From positions 6,220-70,219 of the forward strand of contig DUUT01000054.1 in the NCBI GenBank assembly GCA_012841405.1: a stretch of 64,000 bases of DNA, given 5' to 3'. The position numbers were made by a program, and so were the translations under genes. Position 1 is the stretch's first letter; the number at the start of each line of letters is the position of its first letter. Below the pieces are notes generated by a model that saw only the letters and a list, made by a program, of their open reading frames with translations, searched no databases and was not told where the DNA came from. This DNA comes from Chloroflexota bacterium (lineage in GTDB: Bacteria; Chloroflexota; Anaerolineae; UBA1429). Shown piece by piece: positions 12,082 through 20,715 of the stretch.

Positions 12082-14751
12082 TCATGAGCCGTCAACCAAC
12101 ACTGTAGCGGCAACGACACCCGCCGGCTCGCTGATGGCGCCCATGGGAGCACCGGGCGTGCCATCGCCGGCCAGGTACGCGCTTCCAGGACTGGCGGGTA
12201 GCGCAGGGGCTCCAGGGAGGCTCGCCGCCAACGCCAGGAGCTCTTGCAGTCGGTGTCGATAGGTGTGCCCCTGCAGGATGGCGGCATGCCCGCGTCGGGC
12301 GATCGCCTCCCGCTCGGCGTCGTGGGCGAGGTAGTAGGCTACGGCCTCGTGCAGAGCAGCGATGTCGCCAGTTGGAACGCTGACATAGTGCTCACCCTCT
12401 CGCAGCAGGTGGGGCGATGACAGCGCCTCGGTGATCAAGAAAGCGCCGGCGCCGAGCACCTCGGCGATGCGCGTCTCGGTATTGGGCAGATCGGAGAGGT
12501 GCAGATTGAGAACGATCTTGGACTCGTTGTAGAGCGCGTTGAGGGCGCGAGGGTTCCAGACGTTTGCCCGGTGCAATCGACAGCGCTGCGCGAGGGCATC
12601 GAGGATCTGCGCGCGGCGTGGCGTAACCGTGCCGACAAAGGTGACGTCGTAGCGCTTGGGGAGATCGAGCACGCCATGCACCGCGGGGTCGACGGCGGCC
12701 GTTGACAGCCACGCGACGCGCTGGGCGCCCAGGCGACGATAGACCTCGAGGTTGCCCTCATCATGGGATAGGACCAAATCAAAGGCGCCGATGTTGAACG
12801 CCAGCTCGTGGCGTCGCTCCATGGCGGCCGCATCGGCGGCGTCAGGAGTCCCGAGCTGCTCGGCATACCACAAGACAGTCGGGCAGGGGGCTGCACGGAT
12901 GATGCGCGGGTCGATCCCCTCGCCGCGACACACTAGCACGAGGCTGGCCGGCTGTTGGATGCGCTCGGCCAGATCATGCCGGTGCTGGCGATAGTCGGTG
13001 CTGATCACCCTGTAACCGAGCGCCTCTAGTGGAGCGATGAGGCGATTCTCAAAACCCCATGGGTAGTTGGCCTCCTGGGCGCCCACGAGGTGCACGGTGG
13101 GCTGCGGAGGAGAGTCTGACGCGACGACCGTGGCCGTGGGACGATCTCGGCGCGACACGGCGGGCGGTGCATCTTGGATCACCCGGTGGAGCACCCGACC
13201 GAGCTGCCGACGCAGCGTATCGATGGACAGCTGCTCCTCCGCAAAGCGCCGCGCGTTGGCCCCCATGGCGGCGATTCGATCCGGGGCGCTCGCGAGGGCG
13301 CGCATCTTGTCGGCGAGATCGTGCGTGCTGACGATCGTCTCGGGGAAGGCAATGTTGTCCGCGCGGGTAACGGTGCGCTCCACGTCCACCAGGAGGCCGT
13401 TGTAGCCCTCGATCACGAACTCGTTCATCGGTGGGGCGTTCGTGGCGATGGCGGGCAGGCCGCAGGCGAGGCCCTCGGGCAGTGGAAGCCCCAGGCCCTC
13501 GAGCTTGGACGGGAACACGAGGATGCGACCGCGGTGATACAGCCCGGGCGCCGGCTCGGTGCCCACGTGGTAGGTGATGCGGGGGTGGCGAGCGACGATG
13601 GCGGCGCTCTCGGGAGGCAGCTTGTCCGTGCCTACCTGCGCGTGCACGAGAAGCGTCACCTCGGGCAGGTCTTTGGAGACCATATCAAAGGCGGTGATGA
13701 CGGCGGGCGTCATCTTGCGGTAGCCGATGCCCAGCCAGCCCGCGTTGTGGAAAAAGGTGTGCGTCGCGGCGCGCGGGTCGGCAGGGGCAAAGAGTGCGGT
13801 GTCCACCGCCCAGCCGATGTAAAACGCCTGGCAGTGGGAACGGACGAGATTGTAGGTGCGCAGGGTGGAGCAGAGCACCCCGTCATAGAGGCGCATAAGG
13901 GGCGTCCACTCGTCCCTGTAATAGTCGAGATAGGTGAGGACACGCACTCCTGTGGACTTGGCCGCCACCACGAGGTTCCAGTCATACTCCTCGTTAAAGA
14001 CGACGGCGTCGAGGCGGTTCTCGTGGATCCAGCGCACGAGGACATCGCACGGAATCTCATAGTCGGGAAAGGTGTGGAGGTTGGGCACGTGCCAAAAGCC
14101 GGCGGTTTCGAGCATCGAACGGCCATAGACGCCGCCGGTACGGGCAAAGACAAAGGTCTCGTGGTCCTGCGCCAGGGCGTCGCGCAGCATCTTGGTGACG
14201 TATGCCTGGCCGCGTTCGAACCAGATGGAGACGAACCCGACACGGAGGCGCCGGGTATGGCGCGTGGCGTGCGCTTCGGCGCGCGGCACGACGGCATCGA
14301 GACGCTCTCTGGCGCGGGCGTTGGCCGGTTCACGCCGGAGACAGACTCGGTACGCCAGCTCGGCTTCGATCGCCTCATCGAGGCTGTCCAACGTCCTGGC
14401 CAACCCGTACCACGCCTGGGAATAGTCCACGTCGAGTGCCACGGCGCGGCGGTAGCACTCCTCCGCCTGGGTATAGTGCCCCTGTGCATAGTGGAGCACA
14501 CCGAGATTGTTCCAGATGCTGGCATCGTCCGGCACGAGGGCGGCGGTGCGCTCAAAAGAGGCGATGGCCTCGGGCACCTCCCCGCGCGCGTGGTGCAGGA
14601 GGCCCAACTCGTAATGCGGGCCAGGCTGGTCGGGGTAAGTACTGGCGGCGTGGCGGTAGGCGGCGATCGCCTCGGAGTGGCGTCCCTCAGCCGCCAGTGC
14701 GGCGGCGTGGGCCATCATCCCGTCGTACGCGATTCGAGTGCTATCGGCCAT
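12082..14751 (-). CDS. Three-module protein: N-terminal TPR repeats, central GT-B (GT4-like) glycosyltransferase, C-terminal CgeB/DUF3880-like glycosyltransferase-type domain
   Basis: 889 aa. TPR region: AIAAYRHAASTYPDQPGPHYELGLLHHARGEVPEAIASFERTAAL.P.D...WNNLGVLHYAQG. GT4-type core: RILVFPSKLEGLGLPLPEGLACGLPAIATNAPPMNEFVIEGYNGLLV. The C-terminal ...YDVTFVGT..PRRAQILDAL......H.ANVWN...LNALYNESKIVLNLH.........R.AEVLGAGAFLITE resembles CgeB-family proteins. Confidence 0.7.
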   Translation of the reverse strand: MADSTRIAYDGMMAHAAALAAEGRHSEAIAAYRHAASTYPDQPGPHYELGLLHHARGEVPEAIASFERTAALVPDDASIWNNLGVLHYAQGHYTQAEECYRRAVALDVDYSQAWYGLARTLDSLDEAIEAELAYRVCLRREPANARARERLDAVVPRAEAHATRHTRRLRVGFVSIWFERGQAYVTKMLRDALAQDHETFVFARTGGVYGRSMLETAGFWHVPNLHTFPDYEIPCDVLVRWIHENRLDAVVFNEEYDWNLVVAAKSTGVRVLTYLDYYRDEWTPLMRLYDGVLCSTLRTYNLVRSHCQAFYIGWAVDTALFAPADPRAATHTFFHNAGWLGIGYRKMTPAVITAFDMVSKDLPEVTLLVHAQVGTDKLPPESAAIVARHPRITYHVGTEPAPGLYHRGRILVFPSKLEGLGLPLPEGLACGLPAIATNAPPMNEFVIEGYNGLLVDVERTVTRADNIAFPETIVSTHDLADKMRALASAPDRIAAMGANARRFAEEQLSIDTLRRQLGRVLHRVIQDAPPAVSRRDRPTATVVASDSPPQPTVHLVGAQEANYPWGFENRLIAPLEALGYRVISTDYRQHRHDLAERIQQPASLVLVCRGEGIDPRIIRAAPCPTVLWYAEQLGTPDAADAAAMERRHELAFNIGAFDLVLSHDEGNLEVYRRLGAQRVAWLSTAAVDPAVHGVLDLPKRYDVTFVGTVTPRRAQILDALAQRCRLHRANVWNPRALNALYNESKIVLNLHLSDLPNTETRIAEVLGAGAFLITEALSSPHLLREGEHYVSVPTGDIAALHEAVAYYLAHDAEREAIARRGHAAILQGHTYRHRLQELLALAASLPGAPALPASPGSAYLAGDGTPGAPMGAISEPAGVVAATVLVDGS

Positions 14752-14809
14752 GCAAGCTCACTCTCCGTGGGGCTCACCGTGGAATGCGGCAGCCGGCGGT
14801 CATAGCGTC

Positions 14810-15907
14810 TCAATCGAGGGTCAGGCTGGTACGCCGGTACTGAGGCGTCACCGCCTGCAGGGCGCGGGTCACTGTGGGTTGGTCGGGCACCAGCGCAAGG
14901 GATTCCTCCCAAAGCTGTCGGGCGCGGCCAGTATCGCCCGCAGCGTGGCAGCAGTCGGCCAGCGCGTTCAGTGTGTGCACCTTGGGCCCCGGATCGGGCG
15001 TCTCGGCCCAGCGCCTGCGGCGCTCCTCGATGGCGCAGTGTTGGTTGAGCGCCTCCTCGAGCATGGCGATGGCCAGCTCGAGATCGCCCCGGTCGCGGTA
15101 GAGCTCGCCGAGCTCGTGCCACGCCTCGGCATAGTCGGGGCGTAGCTTGATCGCCCGTGACAGGAATGCCTCGGCCTCTTGTGACAGGCCGCACGCCCGG
15201 GAGCACACGCCCAGGCGGAAGTAGCCCTCCTCGTGCTGATCATCGGCGAGCACCACGTTGCGAAAGTGGGCCAGCGCTTCGCGATGACGGTCCTGCATCT
15301 CGAGGATGAGGCCCAGCCCCAGGTTCAGGGAGACGTCATCGGGGTGGTGCGCCAGGGCGCCACGCAGCACCTCACCCGCCTGGCGCAGGTCGCCCTGTTC
15401 GAGGTGAATCCGTGAGAGGGCGGCGGCACTCCCCAGGTCATCGGGCCGCAGCCTGACGGCCTCGGAGTAGAGGACGATGGCATCCTTCACGCGGCCCAGG
15501 CGCAGCGCACTCTCGGCCATCTGGCCATACACCGCGGCGTCTTCGGGGCAGGCCAAGACGACTTCCTTGTAGCAGGAGAGCGCCTTGTCGTGTTCTCCGA
15601 GCCGCTGATAGACCGCGGCAAGGTTGTAGTAGACATCGACGTCGTCGGGCAAGAGTCGCGCTGCGCGGAGGAGGTGCTGTTGGGCCTCCTGGAGGCGCCC
15701 TTGGTGGACCAAACAGACGCCGAGATGCGCCAATCCCTCGCCCCAGCGTGGGTCGTCGTCCAAGGCGCGCTGGAGCAGCGTCGCGGCTTCCATCCAGTTC
15801 TCGGCCAACAGGGCATCCTCCGCCTGGCGGCGTACGTCAAGGAGAGGAGTTGCGAGCGCTCCATCTGCGGGCGCAAGAGGCTCTGCCTGCTTATCACTGC
15901 TTGGCAT
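14810..15907 (-). CDS. TPR repeat protein (first gene of the TPR/glycosyltransferase operon)
   Basis: 365 aa made almost entirely of 34-residue repeats: WGEGLAHLGVCLVHQGRLQEAQQHLLRAARLLPDD, VYYNLAAVYQRLGEHDKALSCYKEVVLACPED, and so on. Confidence 0.8.
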   Translation of the reverse strand: MPSSDKQAEPLAPADGALATPLLDVRRQAEDALLAENWMEAATLLQRALDDDPRWGEGLAHLGVCLVHQGRLQEAQQHLLRAARLLPDDVDVYYNLAAVYQRLGEHDKALSCYKEVVLACPEDAAVYGQMAESALRLGRVKDAIVLYSEAVRLRPDDLGSAAALSRIHLEQGDLRQAGEVLRGALAHHPDDVSLNLGLGLILEMQDRHREALAHFRNVVLADDQHEEGYFRLGVCSRACGLSQEAEAFLSRAIKLRPDYAEAWHELGELYRDRGDLELAIAMLEEALNQHCAIEERRRRWAETPDPGPKVHTLNALADCCHAAGDTGRARQLWEESLALVPDQPTVTRALQAVTPQYRRTSLTLD

Positions 15908-15990
15908 GGTCTGTTGATCCCCCAGCTCTTGGCTAAAAAAGGAACCCTGCCCGGACGGCTCGGCGGGCGAAGGTGTAGGTGTCTAGGATA

Positions 15991-16018
15991 GCATCGGCAT
16001 CGGGCGAGGGCGCTTGAG
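15991..16018 (-). promoter_or_regulatory. Sigma-28-type promoter upstream of the TPR/glycosyltransferase operon: CTCAAG-N14-GCCGATGC
   Basis: The minus strand reads CTCAAG CGCCCTCGCCCGAT GCCGATGC, about 85 nt upstream of the 15907 start. It has the same hexamer, spacing and GCCGAT core as the fliC and flgM promoters. Confidence 0.5.
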
Positions 16019-16132
16019 CGGGGGCCGATAAAACTACCGTGAAGACAGCACGGGGTGGGGCATGGGGCCGAGTCCAGGGGGGATGCCGCGGCCAGCGCCC
16101 GCACGGTGAGTGCTGGCCGCGTGGGCGGAGCG

Positions 16133-16648
16133 CTAGGTGAACGCAGAGACGTTCGCGGTGTAGCTGGCGAACTCGACGGGGGCGTCAGGGTTCTCGCAGA
16201 GGGCGAGATCGAGCCCAATCTCGCCCACATTGGTGATCAGGGGGATGGAGATGCGCTCCATGTTGAGCGTGAACACGCGCGAGCCCTTCCCGATGATGAG
16301 CATGGGCACTGAAATGATGGAGGCGTACCCCACTTCGGCGAGCTTGGTGCTGGAGAGCCCGGTGATGACGTTGGCGAGCTCGGCGATGCCACTCTGTGCC
16401 AGCTCGTCGAACGCGTCAAACGCCTGGCCGAGGATGGCCGAAACGAGGGCCTGGGCCGTCTCGTAGCTCATGTAGAGCAGCACGGTGCCCTGTACGCGCC
16501 CCACGAGGCTGATGAGCACCGTGACATCGCTCGACACAAAGAGCCCTTTCTGCACACGTATCGGGCCGCGGGAGACGTCGGTGCCTACCTCCTGCTGAAG
16601 AACACTGGCTGCGGCGGCAATAAACGGATTGAGAAATTCGACCTTCAT
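16133..16648 (-). CDS. cheX: CheX-like CheY-P phosphatase (CheC/CheX/FliY family), copy 2
   Basis: Trimmed to MKVEFLNPFIAAAASVLQQEVG...DELAQSGIAELANVITG. The ELxNVIxG phosphatase motif and about 170-aa size fit CheX. The ATG at 16648 was verified in the sequence. Confidence 0.8.
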   Translation of the reverse strand: MKVEFLNPFIAAAASVLQQEVGTDVSRGPIRVQKGLFVSSDVTVLISLVGRVQGTVLLYMSYETAQALVSAILGQAFDAFDELAQSGIAELANVITGLSSTKLAEVGYASIISVPMLIIGKGSRVFTLNMERISIPLITNVGEIGLDLALCENPDAPVEFASYTANVSAFT

Positions 16649-16686
16649 GGCATCGATCCCTGTGCGTGGTGTGGCACCATCCCCTC

Positions 16687-17178
16687 TCACTGAGCGGCGA
16701 GCACCGTGGAGGACGCGTTGCCCTCCCGCAGGGCCAGGAGGATGTCGATATCGCCATACTGTGTTTGCAGGGGCACGGCCAGGAGCTGCAGCTCGGGCGT
16801 CGCGATGCGCGTATCCGCCCCGAGGATGACGGTGGGCGTCGAGATGTTGCACTCGTAGCCTGCCTGCGCGAGCTTGATACTTGCCCGACCGGTGATGACG
16901 TTGCCTAGCTCAGCGATGCCGCTCTGCGCCAGCTCGTCCATGTCGCAAAGCGTGTCGCCCATCATGCACGAGACCAACTGGAGGGCCGTGGCGGTGGAGA
17001 GCCCGTAGAGGACCATCCCGTCCACCCGGCCGATGAGGCTGAGGGTCACGGTCACATCGCGCGCCGTATAGAGCGAGCGATGGAGCGTCACCGGCCCGCG
17101 GGTGATGGATGCGCCGACCTCCGCATGGAGCACCTCGGCGGCGGCTTCGATGAACGGGTTCAGGTATCTGACGTTCAT
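16687..17178 (-). CDS. cheX: CheX-like CheY-P phosphatase, copy 1 (tandem paralog)
   Basis: 163 aa. MNVRYLNPFIEAAAEVLHAEVG...DELAQSGIAELGNVITG is clearly paralogous to the next gene. Its start overlaps the cheR stop (ATGA). Confidence 0.8.
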   Translation of the reverse strand: MNVRYLNPFIEAAAEVLHAEVGASITRGPVTLHRSLYTARDVTVTLSLIGRVDGMVLYGLSTATALQLVSCMMGDTLCDMDELAQSGIAELGNVITGRASIKLAQAGYECNISTPTVILGADTRIATPELQLLAVPLQTQYGDIDILLALREGNASSTVLAAQ

Positions 17179-17969
17179 GATGGCGACAACTCCCTCCGAC
17201 GGTAAAATGAGACGGCAACGTTGCTGAGGGGAAGGTTGGGCAAGGCGGGAACGAGCTCTGTGCCACCGACGAACAGCACACCCCCAGGGCGTAGGGCCTG
17301 GGCAAAGCGTTGGTACAGCGCGCGCTTGCTCTCCTCAACAAAGTAGATCACCACGTTGCGACAGACGATGAGATCAAAGTCCTCGTCAAAGTCGTCAAGC
17401 AGCAGGTTATGGGCGCGGAACGTCGCCCGAGAGCGCAGCTCAGGGCGGATGGTGTAGGACTCGCCGTGGGCAACAAAGTAGCGCGCCAAGCGCGCGGGCG
17501 TCACCGCCCGCACCTCGTTGGCCAGGTAGGGGCCTCCCTGTTGCGCTTTGGCCAACACGGCGCGATGGATGTCGGTGGCCAGGATGTGGTGGCGCGCCCC
17601 GCCGCCGAGCTCGTCCAGGAGTATCGCCAGGGTGTACGGCTCGGCGCCGTGGGAGCATCCCGCGCTCCAAATGCGCAACCGTTGTCGCTGGCGCAAGAGC
17701 TCTGGGAGGATGTTCTGCTCCAGGTACTGCCACTTTTGCGGGTCGCGAAAGAACTCGGTAACGTTGATGGTCAAATAGTCGCGAAAGCCTTGCATCGCCT
17801 CCTGGTTGGTCCGCAGATAGGCAAAGTACGCTTGCCACGTCGGGTAGCCCGAGCGCGCAAGCAGGGTATCGAGCCGCCGCTGGACCTGGGGGCGCTTGTA
17901 GTGATCGAGATCGACGCGTACGAGCCGCTTGACCTCGCGTTGGATGTACAGGTACTCCGTATCCTCCAT
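17175..17969 (-). CDS. cheR: Chemotaxis protein methyltransferase CheR
   Basis: LTINVTEFFRDPQKW..L...ILPEL......LRIWSAGCSHGAEPYTLAILL...NLL.D....FDLIVCRNVVIYF are the CheR SAM-binding motifs. I prefer ATG 17969 (AGGGGATGG RBS) over the GTG at 18023. Confidence 0.9.
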   Translation of the reverse strand: MEDTEYLYIQREVKRLVRVDLDHYKRPQVQRRLDTLLARSGYPTWQAYFAYLRTNQEAMQGFRDYLTINVTEFFRDPQKWQYLEQNILPELLRQRQRLRIWSAGCSHGAEPYTLAILLDELGGGARHHILATDIHRAVLAKAQQGGPYLANEVRAVTPARLARYFVAHGESYTIRPELRSRATFRAHNLLLDDFDEDFDLIVCRNVVIYFVEESKRALYQRFAQALRPGGVLFVGGTELVPALPNLPLSNVAVSFYRRRELSPS

Positions 17970-18034
17970 GGCACCATCCCCTATCGTAGGGCGTGTCGAG
18001 CGCTCCGACGCCAGGATGCGCACCTTCGGCGCAG

Positions 18035-19147
18035 CTACAGCGTCTCCCGGGCGCGATGGACCAGCCGTGTCGCGGTCTCGGCCATGTCACCAAGGGGCAC
18101 AAGGGCATCGACGAGCCCGGCGTTGGCGGCGCTCCTGGGCATGCCATAGACAACACACGTCTCTTCGGATTCGGCGGCGACGAACCCCCCGGCGGCCTTG
18201 ATGTGCCGTGCACCCTCGGTTCCATCGGAGCCCATGCCGGTGAGGATGACGGCCACGGTGGCGCTCCCGTAGGATGCGGCCGCTGATTCAAAGGTCACGT
18301 CCACCGAGGGGCGCACGTGGTTGCGCGGGGGAGCGCTTGACAGGGAGACGGCGCCTCCCCGATGCAACACCAGGTGGTAGCCGCCTGGGGCCACCAATCC
18401 CTGCCCTACCCGCAGGGTCTCGGTGCCGTCCGATTCACGAATTCGAAAGGCCGAGTGCGCATCGAGCCGTTCCGCCAGAGTCGCGGTGAACTGGGGTGGC
18501 ATGTGCTGCACGATAACCAGTGCCGCGGGCAGGTCGGCGGGGAGGCGCGATACCACACTCTGGAGCGCCTGCGGGCCTCCCGTCGATGCGCCGATCACGA
18601 GCACCACGTCCCTCCGACCCAGCGACCGCGTGTGCGCAGGGGGCTGGGGCACTCCCACCCGAGCGGACGCCTGCCGCAAGCGCTGCAGCCGGCCCATGGG
18701 CATGCCGGCCACGCTGCGGATCTTGTCGATAAGCGTGTCCAGCACCTGCTGGACGTGAATCGTCGTCGTCGGTTTGGGCACAAAGTCCACCGCTCCCAGG
18801 GCGAGCGCCTGGAACGTCTCGCGGGCGCCTTCCTGGGTGAGGGTGCTCAGCATGATGACGGGCCGAGGGCTCTGCGCCATCAGCTGGCGCAGCGTGTCCA
18901 GCCCATTCAGCCGCGGCATCTCGATATCCAGCGTGACCACGTCCGGCTGGAGGTAGGCGACTTTGTGCAGGGCATCGATACCATCGTATGCCGTGCCGAC
19001 GACCGTCAGATCGGGTTCCGCGTCGAGCCGCTTGGCCAGCGCATAGCGGATAAAGGCCGAGTCATCGACGATGAGGATGCGTATCGGCTGCACGCCTCTC
19101 TTGCGGCTGCCATTGCTCGTGGCCAGGCAGGCCGGTCGTACTGTCAC
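18035..19147 (-). CDS. cheB: Chemotaxis response regulator protein-glutamate methylesterase CheB
   Basis: Receiver domain (IRILIVDDSAFIRYAL...DVVTLDIEMPRLNGLDTL) plus methylesterase domain (VVLVIGASTGGPQAL...VIVQHMPPQFT...GMGSDG). The GTG start overlaps the cheY stop. Confidence 0.9.
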   Translation of the reverse strand: MTVRPACLATSNGSRKRGVQPIRILIVDDSAFIRYALAKRLDAEPDLTVVGTAYDGIDALHKVAYLQPDVVTLDIEMPRLNGLDTLRQLMAQSPRPVIMLSTLTQEGARETFQALALGAVDFVPKPTTTIHVQQVLDTLIDKIRSVAGMPMGRLQRLRQASARVGVPQPPAHTRSLGRRDVVLVIGASTGGPQALQSVVSRLPADLPAALVIVQHMPPQFTATLAERLDAHSAFRIRESDGTETLRVGQGLVAPGGYHLVLHRGGAVSLSSAPPRNHVRPSVDVTFESAAASYGSATVAVILTGMGSDGTEGARHIKAAGGFVAAESEETCVVYGMPRSAANAGLVDALVPLGDMAETATRLVHRARETL

Positions 19148-19500
19148 GCCAGGGCCTTCTGCAGGGCTGACAGCACCCGCTCCTGCTCAAAGGGTTTGAC
19201 GATGAAATCGCGGGCGCCGGCCTTGATCGCCTCCAAGACGATGGACTGCTGCCCAAGGGCGGTGAGCATGACGACGCGCGCGTTGGGGTCCTTGGTGCGG
19301 ATCTCGCGTAGCACCTCGAGGCCATCCTTCTCGGGCATGGTAATATCGAGCAGTACGGCATCTGGCGCGTTGGCCTCGTACTGGGCAATGGCGCGCTCGC
19401 CGTTCTCCGCCTCGATGATCTCGTACCCGTGCTCCGTCAGCATGCGGGTCAATCGTACCCTTAGGAACTGGGCATCGTCGACTACGAGGATTCGTGCCAT
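19144..19500 (-). CDS. cheY: Chemotaxis response regulator CheY
   Basis: MARILVVDDAQFLRVRL...PDAVLLDITMPEKDGLEVLREIR......VVMLTALGQQ..V.EAIKAGARDFIVKPF. AGGAGA RBS before ATG 19500. Confidence 0.9.
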   Translation of the reverse strand: MARILVVDDAQFLRVRLTRMLTEHGYEIIEAENGERAIAQYEANAPDAVLLDITMPEKDGLEVLREIRTKDPNARVVMLTALGQQSIVLEAIKAGARDFIVKPFEQERVLSALQKALA

Positions 19501-19532
19501 CGTACTATCTCCTATCACATGATGACATGGCA

Positions 19533-20063
19533 TCAGCGGGACAGGTCCTGCTCGCCCCGACCAACCGAACGTACCGTTACTCGGCCGTTGCAGACAAACA
19601 GCTTGACCGTGCGCCCCCAGTGTCCGCCCGTGTCCGCGCCGGCCACGGCGAGACCTCTGTGCTGGAGCACGGTTCTGGCCATCTCGACGTTGCGGGCGCC
19701 GATGTTGAGAATGTTCTTGAACCCCGGTGCGGTGAGCATATGGGCGCCCCCCGTCAAGTGGATCACGAGCCGATGGGGGGCCACGCCCTGCGCCGTCAAC
19801 TCCTGGAGCATGTGGGCGATGCCACTATCCACGTAGCGCGTCACTTGCGCAGGAGCCCGGCCGGTGTTCTCGGGGAGCATGGCATGGAGTAGCGCCCCGA
19901 TGCGCAGCTTGGGATCGTAGGCGCAGACGCCGACGCAGGACCCCAACCCGTGTGCCACGAGGCATGCCCGTGGATCGCGGCTGATCCCGAGTTCCCCGAG
20001 CCCCACGCTGATTACGTGCGAAGCATCCCGATCCATCAACGTTCCTTTGAACGAACCTATCAA
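19533..20063 (-). CDS. cheD: Chemoreceptor glutamine deamidase CheD
   Basis: 176 aa. LVAHGLGSCVGVCAYDP..RIGALLHAMLP....YVD.GI..ML.EL...G......I.LTGGA.M.......NIG.RNV......L are CheD motifs. Confidence 0.9.
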   Translation of the reverse strand: MIGSFKGTLMDRDASHVISVGLGELGISRDPRACLVAHGLGSCVGVCAYDPKLRIGALLHAMLPENTGRAPAQVTRYVDSGIAHMLQELTAQGVAPHRLVIHLTGGAHMLTAPGFKNILNIGARNVEMARTVLQHRGLAVAGADTGGHWGRTVKLFVCNGRVTVRSVGRGEQDLSR

Positions 20064-20659
20064 CCTAACGACTTGCCGAGGGCATCCAGATTGGGGATGA
20101 CCCAGAAGAGTGCCTCAACGCGGCGGTCGGACCGACAAAAGGTGGTCTCGATGGCGACGATATACTCCGAGATGGCGCCCACGGCCACGACGATCACGTC
20201 GAGGATGGCACCTACCATATCCTCCAAGACCGCCGGAGGCGATGGGCGGGCGCTCACGCCACACATCCTGGCGACCGAGTTCAAAAAGAGCGCGCCGGTG
20301 AGATTGCCTACCTCGGCGAGGGCAGAGCGCTCCAGCGGGCCCAACGCTGTCGTCGTACCCGGGGCATTGTCCATCAAGAGATCCACCAGTGCAGCGGCGG
20401 CCTGTTGTTCGAGCAGAAGGAGGATGTGGCCATCCATGTCACCATCTACGGCCAGATAGATGCCCACGGCAAGCGTCTCCGGCCCCCCCATGATAGAGGG
20501 GACCTCGGTGATGGGCAGTATGGCGACCCGCGGCTCGGTGAGGCGAATCTCGTGCCCGACGAACACCGATAGGCCGTGTGCCGCGCTCTCCAACCCCTCC
20601 TGTGCCAGCGTCTCGAGCAATGCCTGCATCTGCTCGGGCAATGCGTCAACTGTCTCCAT
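20060..20659 (-). CDS. cheC: CheY-P phosphatase CheC
   Basis: Two CheC-type half-sites (ERSALAEVGNLTGALFLN, and an upstream half around EGLESAAHGLS). About 200 aa, immediately upstream of cheD as in Bacillus/Thermotoga. The start may be 20659 or 20680. Confidence 0.8.
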   Translation of the reverse strand: METVDALPEQMQALLETLAQEGLESAAHGLSVFVGHEIRLTEPRVAILPITEVPSIMGGPETLAVGIYLAVDGDMDGHILLLLEQQAAAALVDLLMDNAPGTTTALGPLERSALAEVGNLTGALFLNSVARMCGVSARPSPPAVLEDMVGAILDVIVVAVGAISEYIVAIETTFCRSDRRVEALFWVIPNLDALGKSLG

Positions 20660-20715
20660 GGGCCTACCTCTGCTGTGCACTCAGCCCGGTACTCCCGGGT
20701 TCTACCGCTACGGTG

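Noticed and set aside
16024-16031. Exact GCCGATAA on the plus strand, pointing into the antisense of cheX.
   Set aside because: There is no CTCWAG or TAAA box at the correct upstream distance on the plus strand, and no plus-strand gene downstream. The nearby CTTGAG belongs to the minus-strand promoter at 15991-16018. A chance 8-mer match is plausible in 128 kb of two-strand sequence.
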